From: Aplysia californica
Lineage: Eukaryota
Direction of reading: 5' to 3'
Assembly (NCBI RefSeq): GCF_000002075.1
Contig: NW_004797742.1
Coordinates: 475,462 to 539,461 of the forward strand
DNA length: 64,000 nt
A program made the position numbers and the translations under genes. Shown one piece after another: positions 50,901 through 62,690 of the stretch. The notes under the pieces were generated by a model that was not told the origin of the DNA, did not search any database, and worked only from the letters and a program-made list of their open reading frames with translations. Every line of letters starts with the position of its first letter. Within the stretch, counting starts at the first letter, position 1.

Positions 50901-51488
50901 GTGAAAATTTCAATGGTAAGTTGCTATAAACTATTCCTCATTTGTGTCTTATATTTAGCTCAGAAGGAAAAAAAAAAAAAGACAACTTTGCATCTGAATC
51001 TTTATGTAAATTGTCCAGTGCTAACTGTGACAGTCTATTTGAACAAGAATAAAGACTGTACACACAAGGTTAGTGATGACATGTCTATGGCTTGTCTTGC
51101 AGCTTGTCAAAATAAGACTTATGTGACTGAGAACACTACTTCAGATTCTTAAAATTTTAAATTTTTGTTGGGGGTGGGGGGTGGGGGGGTTCAGATGAAG
51201 TATATATTATATTATTTATTTTAGCTTTCCTCTTAAAGAAAGCTTATTCTTTTCCCGATATGAAAAGTGGTAGGGGATGCAAATTTTGGTATCAGTTTTT
51301 AAAATTCTCCTGTTGTGTAAGACAAAGCACAGGCTTATTTTCTATGTCATGTTGTATATGTGTGTTGTCGCCACAGCACTTTTTCCCCCAATTTTCATAG
51401 AATGCCCCTGTTTTTTGTTTTTCCTTTACCTGGTGCCCTTCCCTCCTGTTTGATCACAGTTCCCTACCCTCATCATGCTTATTTTCAG

Positions 51489-51587
51489 GCGTCAAACCAA
51501 AACAAGAAAAAGAATGAGCCAAAAAATGCTAAGACGAATGAAGAGAAAGAGAAAGAGAATGATGGGACTAAAAAAGAGGAGGAATTG
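51489..51587 (+). CDS. Dab: Candidate 99-nt cassette exon inside the Dab PTB domain (ASNQNKKKNEPKNAKTNEEKEKENDGTKKEEEL)
   Basis: Long pyrimidine tract + ttttcag, donor TTG|gtaggc, phase 0-0, no stop, purine-rich island within a T-rich intron. Confidence 0.6.
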
Positions 51588-51752
51588 GTAGGCTCAATGT
51601 GTGCTTTGTTTGTAATTTTAGTCTTTTTCTCTGAACAAGGAAGATATATTATTGTACTACAGTATCTATGTAGGGAAGTGCTTTTGTCTGGTTGAAATAG
51701 TCACATACATTTCTGATTTAAAATGAGGAGCTGTGTAAGGGTTTGTGTATAA

Positions 51753-52182
51753 TACAGTTTAACCAGTCCAAGACAACCGCCCATTGTCGAGGAGAAAAAT
51801 GGTCATCTTAGACATGTCCAGCATCTGTGATGTAGTAGTTAGATGCATTGCTGTGGCTCGCTGAAGAACTGAGTTCAATTCCCATGTTGTGAGAATTTAT
51901 ATCAAGTACCAAGGTCTTTCTGCTGGAATACTGTATCCCTCTCAGCTTGGGTTAGCCCTGACAGGCAGGGTTGAAGCTCACACCCTAAAGGACCTAAATT
52001 GTGTTGAATGGGGTGTAAAGAACATAATTTTTTAAAAACCCAAACAAACAAAAAACAAAGAGATTTAAGACAGATGGTCCTGTTGGACAGTAGTGTCCAT
52101 ATTATTTATGTTATAGTTAGAAATGCAGGTGGGTAGGGGGCGTTGTCTTGGATAGGAAGTCTTTAGAGCAGATTCGGCTGTG
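51753..52182. mobile_element. Degenerate Tc1/pogo-type MITE carrying an inserted SINE (~51815-52060); related copy at ~14820-14960
   Basis: TACAG...CTGTGTA ends; AAGACAACC/GGTCATCTTAGACA motifs shared with 14820-14960; interior has A/B-box-like sequence and an A-rich tail. Confidence 0.5.
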
Positions 52183-54026
52183 TATATTTGTTTTGGTTTC
52201 GTTCTGGTATTGAAAGTATTTTATCATGAGTTTGTTTGCTTTTCCCTTTTGTGGTTTTGTTTTGGTTCTTTGTTCATTTTTAATTTCTGATCCCAATTTG
52301 CTTCTAATGCTTTTGTTATTTACTTATTTTTGGTTGAAGACATTCACAAGATTATGTTGAGTAAGGGCTCTAATGGATTAATTTTAATTTTTTCCCGATC
52401 AGGGCATTGTGGCCACAACTTGATGAAGATATTTTGATTTGACCTGTATATATATTCGACCTTTAAAAGTGAGCGTCAGAATGCAATTTACATGACTTGA
52501 TGAGTGTGTCAGTGCAGTCAGAACCAGTGCACTGCAGAATCCTTCATGGTTTTAATACTGTAACATCTAAAATACACTACATTAAGTTCATTGTGTTCTT
52601 GGTTATACTATGATCAGTTTGGCTCCTTTCCGCCTTCTTTTTTCCCTTAGAAAATATAGAGGTATGTTACTGTCCTAATTCACCCACCTTTCCCATTCGG
52701 TTTTCTTTTTAAAAAATTTTTTGTTGTTTGTTTTTTTGGCCTAGTATTTAAAATTTTTATTTGATTTTTAAATGTTTCTGACATGTCATGGTATTTGTCT
52801 CGTATCGTGAATTGGCAACCCGAGTGGGCAAGGGTTGGTTGGCAGGCATGTCTGCTCCTTCTACTTTTAGTATTCCTAGCGACTGATGATATGTAAATGC
52901 TATCATGCCAACAGAAGAGAAGGTAGATCTACAGCTGGGCTGTCTGGACTAAATCTCCCATCTGTTGAGAAAGTATTAACTGTTAGCTTCAACAAATTAG
53001 ATACAACTCAAACTGTTTTGAAATTTGAGCCATGTTTTCAGTGACCTCTCCGTGACCAGTTTTATTTACCATTGTGATGTGGAATATTACATGCCATGAG
53101 AATGACATTGTTCTAATCCACTTTTTGAGAGGACTTCATGAGTTACATACTACATAGTACTAACATAGATGCCCTGCTCAGTGTGTCAAATACGGGTGGC
53201 AATTCTTACCTGTGGTTTTTTAAAAGTTTGATGCTTAGCAAAAATAAGGTGTACAAACATTTTAGCCGTAAAAGTGTGAATCTTTGAGTGTGATGGAGTT
53301 AAAACCCTGTCATTCTGAAGGTACAATTAGTCAAAATGAAACACTAGTATAAGAGTTCGTGAAGGGGAGGACATTTCACTGGTTTGTAATTGTTTCTGTG
53401 CATAGTATGTCTAAATAGGACTTTAATTTTGTTGATTTAATCATAATCATGATTACAAAGTTCCAATAACATTCCCGACTTTCCTTTTGTGGGTAGTTTT
53501 TGCCGTAGCCCAGAAACTGTCTGAGCTTTATATTTAAGCCAGAGATGGGCAACCTCCTCTGTCCTTTTGAGAATTCTCCTTTTTCTTTGGGGGATTGGGG
53601 GGGGGGGGGGGATTACCCTATTGACCAACTGCTTTGTACTACTCAAACCATTTAGCTGAGCATTAAAGCATTAATGTTGTCCACTCATGCCTCATGTCTT
53701 TAAATGTGCTGTGTCATGTTGAATATAGTGTTGTTGGTTTCGTGGACTGACTTGGAATGCGGACTGTGCATGCTCATAAAATTTCCGTGGGGAAGAAATG
53801 ACCATGTAAGACACATGTAGATTACTGTTCTGTCAGGTATTCCCTTACTATTTTTGTTGTTTGTGTTGAGTTGAAAAAAACTTTTCCAGTTGTTTTTTTT
53901 CCAATTGAAGAAGTATTATTACATACATTAGCAAAGGAATGAATGGAGAACCATGATTGCCACTGTCTGCCGCAGATCTGGCACTTGATGATGATGATGT
54001 TGAGTACTGAATATACTTTTTTCCAG

Positions 54027-54161
54027 CTTGTTCTGCACACTCACCCAGTCCATAGAATTTCCTTCATATCGAGAGACACAGTCGACAACCGTGCTTTTGG
54101 GTATATCTTCGGAGAGGGAGATGGGTCGCACAAATTTTTCGCCATCAAGACAGCTGCTGCG
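54027..54161 (+). CDS. Dab: Dab PTB exon (LVLHTHPVHRISFISRDTVDNRAFGYIFGEGDGSHKFFAIKTAAA)
   Basis: HxVHxISFIxxD, DxRAFGY and HxFFAIKT Dab motifs; 135 nt, phase 0-0. Confidence 0.97.
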
Positions 54162-54606
54162 GTATGCCATATAGTTTGTTTTTAACCTTTATTGGGAGGA
54201 TGCCTAGATTTTCTCCCAAGTCCTGACCGTACATCAGTGTCACCTGAGAAAATTCACTAGAGGAGCTCTTTTGTGTGATGCTGACTTAACATAAAATTGG
54301 GAACTGCTGGGATATATATGTATTTGTTGCGATGCATAACCAGCTGATTCTCTGATTGATAATAAGAGATTTTGCACGCTGTATTTTCAAAATCATTGAA
54401 AGTTTTTCCTGATCATCTTCTTTCTTAAATGTCTAAAGTCTATTCCGTGATGGCATTTTTCCCCCAAAGTCCTAAGTATTTACACTTTCAGTGATGTTTG
54501 TTGAATTTTTTTACTATCTTTTCTTGTCATATAAACTCAAGTTTGATGTTGTAATGTGATTATATCCCCCCCTCTCCCCCCCCTCCCCCCCTGTAATGTT
54601 CCCCAG

Positions 54607-54780
54607 GCTGAGCAGTTAGTTTTAGCACTGAGGGATCTCTTCCAAGTGGTGTACGAGATGAAGAAGAAAGAAGTGGAAGAGGCCAAGGAGAAGATTGAGA
54701 AAGGGGAAATATCGGTTGAAACAGAAAATCTGGAAAACTCGCAGCCCTCGGGGGATGGGTCGACCTCGGGGACTGGGCAG
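54607..54780 (+). CDS. Dab: Dab exon (AEQLVLALRDLFQVVYEMKKKEVEEAK...GTGQ)
   Basis: C-terminal PTB helix LRDLFQVVYE; 174 nt. Confidence 0.95.
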
Positions 54781-56289
54781 GTGAGGAGACAGAGATTTCT
54801 TAACCTGCTGACTATTACACGCTAGTTGTCTGAAGCATTTGTTGTCAGTATAAAAGCTTTGTCCCTGCTTACTTATAATAGAGTCTGTTGTCATTGATTT
54901 GACAGCATCAAATGAGTAAAGATGTCACCCTGCTTTTGTGACGAGGCTGCCAGACACATCACGTGTCAATTGTTGGTCGATTTCCTAGCTGCTGTAGACT
55001 CTAGGTTACGTTTTTAGGAACGACTCTTTTGGCCGGGTTTTATTAGAATCTTCCTAACAGTGAGTTGGGCACCAGTATATACTGAGTCGGTAGACTGACT
55101 TGTGACTGACTCACTGGAGCAGAGGAAGATGGGCAGACTGATACTAGATCTAATATCAACACTATTTAATTTGAAAACAATTATTGCATAACTGAGTACA
55201 GCACTACATGCTTATACGTTATAATCTTAAAAAAAAAAATTAACTTCACTAATGTGCAGAAAGTGCGCTCAACAAAATTAACATCACATACATATTTTTC
55301 TAACCAGATGATGTCGATTTATAGACATTTGATCTAGATCTTGCTATTGACACCTTGAGAGATCTCATGTTTTCAAGATGAAACTTTGCTGTTGCTTCTT
55401 TGCAATACAGGAGTTTTTTTAAGGTTAGGCCCTTGCATCCTGATGGGAAAACTGAGGAAATGTTTTACTTCAACCTAGTAATTTATTATAATCTAAGCAC
55501 TGGATTCCTCCGATGCTCAAAAGGCTTAATGCAAAACAGAAAAATATCTGACTGAAAATTCCTGTGTGCGATACTTTACTGTACATTTAGGTGTGTGGTG
55601 AACTCGTAACGGCTTGCACGTCTCTGAAATAACTGTACTGTGTTGAAAGGAGTGTAAAACATCACACAATTTTTACTTGTGTTGGAACTTTAAAAAAAAT
55701 CCCTGTTGTCAGTGCTACATTGTTGGCCTCACAAGAACAGTAAGCTTTTAAAAATTGGCCACCTTTCGTTGTGTTTTTTAAAAATTATGAATATAAAATC
55801 AGAGCAGTTTGGAATAATTCCTGCCAAACTGAAAATGCCACGCGCTTATATATGACTTTCTGCAGTTGTGAGCGCCGTAAAACACTTAACACAACAAAAA
55901 CAAGAGCAGTTTAGTGGAAGGGATAACAGTACTTTCTCATTTTCACTGGTTTGTAATTTAGTCCATTTGTGGCAACAACAGCAGTTTGTCACTTGTGGTG
56001 GCGTAGATTGTTTTAGTAATTGATATCTTGTCCTGTAGCTGTTCAAGCCTTACTATTTGTTGTCTTTAACATTAATGCTTTTTGTGCATCTTCTACTTTT
56101 TTAGCTGTTGTAAGGCGTAGTGAAATGAATCTGTATTATATGAAAGGATGAGTGGTTTTCTCCTTTCGTTGTTTATTTTTAGAATTGCTTATACATATTT
56201 GTGTTACCTTGCTTTTTGTGTGTTTGGTACAGCGATAATGCTTCTAATTATTTGCACCTGAAATGTTTATTTATTCCCTTTTGCGACAG

Positions 56290-56331
56290 ACCCCCCAGAC
56301 TCAGAGTGCTGATGCTGAAAATATTTACCAG
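56290..56331 (+). CDS. Dab: Dab 42-nt exon (TPQTQSADAENIYQ)
   Basis: acag/gtatat, phase 0-0; forms ENIYQVP with the next exon, identical to the Dab1 phosphotyrosine motif. Confidence 0.85.
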
Positions 56332-57427
56332 GTATATTAATCATGCCAAGTTTGGCTTTTCTTGATTCTTAAAAATTATAAAATTTTTGCAAGATCTTTT
56401 TATTATTTGAAGTTCAAAGCAATAGCAATTTTTTCTTGACCTATTATGTTCAAAGAATGCTCTCTTCTAGTAGTATTTGTTAAAAGTAATTATTGCACTG
56501 TTTTGCTGTATTTTTTTCCCCTCCCATTCGTTCTTACTTGTGAACTGCAGCAGTGCATTAAGGTTCTTTCGTCTTTTTTCTTAAAACAAAATTTTGTCAA
56601 AGCCATGTTGTCGACGAAGGTCTTGAACTCATGTTCCTTGGTTTGGGAAAGTGTGTTGAAACGGCCTTCACTTTTAGAGGAGAATGGCATGTTGATAACT
56701 TCTCGGAACAAATATTTACATTTGTATTCCCTAGGCTCAGTCAGTTGTTAGTTGTGTTTAGCCTGTGTGTCGTGTGAGCATGTCTTTGCTCATTTAATAC
56801 TCAAATTACCTACAGGTTCTTTTTGTATGGCTTTAGATGGTCCTGTTTTTCCAAAATTAACACCCTTAGGACCCTTTCGACTTTAAGTGTTAACTCTTTT
56901 GATGCAACATTTCAGAAAAGTGCATGTATGTATTAAGAAGCATTTTATCTTCTCTTCGCAGAACTGTATACATGTTATCGCAGCTTATCGTGCATGCTTT
57001 GAATTAACTGACTTCTTTATTGTTTATGCAGACGTGTAAAAGCATTTTAAAAACGTTTGGCCCACCATAGTAAATCTACTTACATCTTTGCTTTGATCGA
57101 GGCATGTTCTGCTGCTAAAAGATTACCTTTCAGACATTTATGAAAGCATTTAAGTTTACGTTGCTGTCCTCTTTGCACTTTACACCGCATATTATACATA
57201 ACATAGATATATATTTTATGCGTATATGGACTTCTTCCTCAATTCGTAGAAAGCTACAATATACTTCTCACCTTCTTTGCTGAATAATTTCTCCCAAAAA
57301 CTTTTTTTATCCTATCAGATAGAGCTCATTTCTTGTGGAACTGTTGGTGTCTCTTCTTTTCAAATGAAAGCTCTTGCTTGAATTGTATGCTGTTTACTCT
57401 GTAATTGTATGTCGTCGATGTGTGCAG

Positions 57428-57523
57428 GTGCCCCCAAACAATGCCCCAGTAAACCCTGCAGCTCAGGCAGAGGAGGTTGCCAATTTGTTGGACCTAGAGG
57501 ATCAAGCGGAACACATTCTCAAA
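57428..57523 (+). CDS. Dab: Dab exon (VPPNNAPVNPAAQAEEVANLLDLEDQAEHILK)
   Basis: tgcag/gtgggt, 96 nt; clathrin-box-like LLDLE. Confidence 0.85.
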
Positions 57524-58361
57524 GTGGGTTGGAGAAAAATCTTTTTTCTTCTTAAAAAGAAATGGTCCCTTTTTCCCGAATAAGCCTTTTCCAACTTTTT
57601 CAAAGACAGGTTTTTAACTGTGTCTGAAGAACGACTACTTTGTAGGTAATTCTTGTTAATGTAAGTATTGACGCAGAGTAGTAGATATATCATGGAAGAA
57701 GAGTCAGAACTGTATGCTTCTAAAGGTTTGCTTTAAAGGTGAGTAGTCTATTTGTTTACCTTGAGCTTTACAAAGAAAATGTGCCTCATGATTTAGTTTT
57801 TCATATAAGGTGTCTTGTTGAATCTGTAAGTGTAAAGTCACGCATGAATATAGAGTGTGAATGGTTTGGGACAGTTGAAATGTGTAGAAGTTAAAGGAAT
57901 AGAAGAGAATAATGTCCGATTTGTATTAATGGAGAATAAATGATTACATATATGTTCGATTTCTTCCTATATTTACAATTTTTTTGTTTGTAAGTCAAGT
58001 TCCTTCAAATCTTTAACCAGAGACGCTGTGAAGAAATGATTGAAGATGGGTTTTTTTTTTCAAAATTAATTGCCTCAACCTAGAAAACAGAAACTTTTCT
58101 TTTGACATGTTCTGAAAGAAAAAAACAAGTGCTAATTTTGCTACATAGTCTCTCGCAAATGTCACACGGTCACCTGCAAATATTATTTTTTAGAAAGCTT
58201 TTTTTTAAAATGTGCGTAGCTTTGTGTGAGTCATGCCTTCTGAAGTGTCCCAGCTCACACCAGTAATGTTTGTACCCTCAGTTACTTGCATGAATATAAA
58301 GCACAGAGAGTATATTTTATTTCGGCATGTAGTTCGCTATACTTTTTGCTCCACTCCACCA

Positions 58362-58590
58362 CGCATACACACACACACACAAATATACACACACACAAAT
58401 ATACAGACTTGCAAGAACATACACACACAAATACACAGACTTGCAAGCACACACACACACACACACAAATATACACACACACAAATATACAGACTTGCAA
58501 GAACATACACACACAAATATACAGACTTGCAAGAACATACACACACAAATACACAGACTTGCAAGCACACACGCACACACACAGACTCAC
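58362..58590. repeat. CA-rich ~32-bp minisatellite
   Basis: Five units of ACACACACAAATA(T/C)ACAGACTTGCAAG. Confidence 0.92.
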
Positions 58591-60955
58591 ACTTGTTCAC
58601 ACATTTCTCACACACGTACACATATATACTCACACTGACATATACACACACTGTGTTCAGCACCCTATATTATTTTCTTTTAAAACGTAGTGCATGTAAC
58701 TATTCTGTGTGTATTGTATTTATCCATAATGGTTTCCTATGTTATTTAATAATACTGATCATTTCAATAATATATAGTTTTAATATGAATTTTAAAGATA
58801 TCACCTACAACATATTCGCTTCCAGTGTACAAACACTGTCCTGATTATCATCTTTTCTGTTATTTAAAAAGATCTACTTGGACACTGAATTTTGAAATTG
58901 CATTTGTGTGTTCGAATTGAGGCAAAGGTCTGGTTACACAAAGCTCTAGAATTGCCCTTTAAAGTGAACATGTCCAGAAAAGAATCTCACTCAATAGCTA
59001 GGTTGGAATGGGTTTATTTAAAGCCAAGTATGTTTGAGAACACCACCGGGTTAAAATGGTAAAGGGGAGAAAAAGTTGTAGAATAGACAGAATCAGCAAA
59101 GCAAAAAGTAAGGAAGTAGGATTACCTATCATAGCTATTCTATGCTGAAATTTTGAAAGTTTTGATGTATTGTCAGTTTTATTCACATATTGAATTTATA
59201 TTATTATCAACTACAAATGGTTTGTTTGTACGACCCCCCCCACCCCCATTAAATATAATGTACTTGTTTTTTCTAAGAAATTAGTCTTTTCGACTCTGGT
59301 TTGTTCTGTGTTAAAGGAGGACCTATTATTATTTTGCCTTTGTATCCAACTTTGGTCTCATCTGAGTTGTTATAATTGAAGGGTGGCTTTCCAAATAGAC
59401 CTGTTATTTATTCAGGTTTGGAAAAAAGGACATCCACCTGTGGTAAGACATTAATTTCTCAAATGCCATTCCTTTCCTTTATTTTGTGGAGAACAAACGG
59501 GAGTGGTTTTCAGAATGCATTTGTGGGACAAGAGGAGCATTAGCTTTGCTAGTCTATTGGAAAAGATGATAATGGTCATTATCTTATAACTTGCACTAGT
59601 GTAGTAAACCTAAGTTTGGAAAAACGCTCTTCAATAAGAATCTACAGTTTTTAAAATTAGATTTTGAAATATGTGGACTTTGTTCAACTGCACACAGCAT
59701 GCAAATCTTTTCCCTCCTTCCCTGAAGATAATATAAATGAGTGATTAATTCATTAATCAATTTTTAAGAGCCTTGAATAAGTAGTTGTCTATGTAGCATT
59801 TTAACTAAATCATTATTTCTCGAAGTTTATATTTCTTATTGTTTGTCGAGACCAAGAGAAAGAATGAAGCTGTCGTGCATTGTGGAAAAAGTTAATGAAG
59901 ATATTATGGGGTATGCAAAAAGCATAATGTAATGGTAAATATTTCTAAATTTTGAGCATGTCACGAGTCCACACTGTCTTAACCATGTCGAGATATTTGT
60001 TCATATGATTGATTAATTATGTATTGGGCAGGGGGCTAGAGATTTCAGTAGGGATCTTGTTTCTGATACTCATGTGGCTGGTTCAACGCCCCATTTATGC
60101 TGACATGATCAGTTGACAGCTAGATCTTTTTTTTTTTCTCAGAGTTTGTGCACTGTTAGTCTTAGGAATAGTGGGGATTGTTTTACTGGCCTTTTTGGAT
60201 TAGAGCAGACTTTGGGAGTGATGGATATTCGTTATCAGACATTTTTTTGACTGTGGAAAAGGGGAAAAAAGGAGCAGGTCTGCTGTTGCGTCTGTCAAAG
60301 TTAATGCGTGCCCATAGCTTTGAGCCCCTTATATAGTGTTGAAAACATTAGAAAAGTCCCATACCTGCCAGAAAGGTGGAGGGTGCTGGGTTCTTGTCGA
60401 AAAATCGGACATATATACTTCTTTACTCAGAAGAAGAAAATATAGAGGACAGGTAGAGATCTTTTGCAAGATTTGCACTGTTTTTTTTTTCACTTAATGG
60501 TCTGTTTGGAAAGCCATCTGTATATATATTTTTTTTAAGCACGGAATTGTAGTCCAGAAATTGGATTTGGAATGAATTAACATATTGGCAATACTTATTC
60601 ATTTTATTGTTCTTTTATGTAAAATCTATAGGGGCACTCTATAAAGATTATTTGAAAAAAAATGTTTATGAAGATAATTATGTTGAGAACATATTTTTTG
60701 TCTTTTTAGCACATATTTATCGGAAAAGATACATAACAATGTTTGGTAATATGAAAAACCTTTCTTGCAAAAGATAAATGTTTCAAAGTTTCTGATCTAA
60801 AGTCTGACAAATCTACTACTCCCTTTCCCTCTTTCCTTTCCTTATGCTGTTTCTGTCCGTGGCCTCTTTCCCCCCTCACTAAATGTCCTGTGTTGTGTCC
60901 ATGTGCTTAGTTTTACTTATACTCCGACTTTTGTTTCTTTGTTTTGCCTCTTTAG

Positions 60956-61121
60956 GGAATCGAGCAGATTAAAAATCTGGAGTTTGACTCGATTGGCGAA
61001 GAGCCGACGACATCGCCAGTGTCTCCTCCGACATCTCCATTTGCCAAACTGGCACCACCATCTGCCGCGGCTCCTGGCCAAGCCGACCCATGGGGCTCAC
61101 CCGCTCCAGCAGCTGCTGCTG
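60956..61121 (+). CDS. Dab: Dab exon (GIEQIKNLEFDSIGEEP...ADPWGSPAPAAAA)
   Basis: ctctttag/gtaagt; DPW motif; frame-consistent. Confidence 0.88.
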
Positions 61122-61630
61122 GTAAGTATCTGGCACAACTCATGATGATGGTGATAGCAGACGTTTTCCGAAATAGTTTGGTTTATCTGTTGAAACAATA
61201 AACCCATGTGATCCATGGGATTGTAGGAGAAAACTCTCTGTGTCATTTTGTAGTTGTCATGTGAAGTTCGTTTCACTGTTGAAATAATGGAGGCCATCAG
61301 AATCCCACTTAAAAATAACACATGTATACTTAGGAGCAGGATAATGGTAGAGGCAGTTGCTTGATTTTTGTTTCTTTTTTAAATTATTATTCTGTTGGTT
61401 TGGGGGGGGGGGTTGGTGCTATTGATAGTACCTATTTCTTTCTTTTTGTCTCTTTTCATATGCCCTACCTTTTTTTTCTACCTAATGGAGTGCTAATTCT
61501 TTTCTTAAAACTCTAAACAAAACTAGAAGACTGAATGAACACTGCTGCTAGTTGCTGACCTTGAACTTCGAACTCTGAATTCATTGCTAAGTTTTTTTGG
61601 TGGTTTTTATCTTTATTCCCTGTATTACAG

Positions 61631-61788
61631 GTGGTGCTCAGGCCCCAACATCTGCGCTGGGGGATCTGGCCGGTCTGCAGACCAGTCCCTTCCCTAACAT
61701 CAGCATGAACCCAGGCTTCCAACAGCCCCAGCCAGGATTCCCCGGAACTCCCTTCCCCGGGCAAGGCTTTGGTGGCCAGCCTCAGTTT
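61631..61788 (+). CDS. Dab: Dab exon (GGAQAPTSALGDLAGL...GFGGQPQF)
   Basis: ttacag/gtgagt; phase 1-0; low-complexity P/Q/G/F. Confidence 0.88.
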
Positions 61789-62690
61789 GTGAGTAACAAG
61801 TTGCTACCTCAAAATGACAAAACTTTATCTGACATTTGTGGCCGTTTTGAGTTATTGAGATCATGACGTCTGATACCTTAAAGTTCTATCTGCTCTATCA
61901 AAATCGTAAGATAATTCGGAGTCGTTTTCAAGATATTCAAAGAATTGCATTAAAAAAAGCTTAACCGTGTTGTGAAGCTAAAACTTTTTGATGTTAAATT
62001 TCTCAAAACTAGGCACTGAGCAGATAGAACTTTGCAACTCTAGGATCACGAAGTGGTAAACCGAGTAAAACAGTAGTAAACTGGACAAATGTGACACACT
62101 CTGCAAGAATTGGGAGTGCGTCTGCAAACTTACTTTTGAGCGAGAAGTCAAATCATGAGATTGGGTCATCACAGGTGAAGTTTGCGTTTATTTATACATG
62201 GGGTGGGGGTCCCCTAACATTTTATCTCTATTTTACTGAAGTCATTTACAGAAATGAAATATAGAAATATTTTATTTTTATTTATTTCTGATATACACAT
62301 TTTTTTAAAAGAAAGAAAAACATGCATTTTCGTTGCAAGTAAATTACAGTTGATATTTCTCGTTCAGAGTATGTTTAGGCCACTAAGACTGAAAATAAAC
62401 TATGACATTTTTATGCATTCTTGTTTGCCTATTTATTGGTTCTAAGTATGCATGATTTCAGAAGATAAGAAGTTAATGATTTTCACTGCACATAGGAACA
62501 TCCAGGTACTTTTGTGCTTCATCATCGAAAGTTATTGTACTTTGTACTGAGTGCTCCCCATGCAGAGCTTAGAAAAAGTAAAATCCTTCTACTAATTTTC
62601 AGAATTCACATTGTTGTTTTATCATCTTTTTGTAGAATGGCATTAAGGATGTAATGTTGTTTTTTTTTCTGTTCGCTCGTGTCATTTCAG

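Noticed and set aside
58233-58844. 203-aa and overlapping His/Thr or Cys/Val ORFs
   Set aside because: They are translations of a CA-rich minisatellite.
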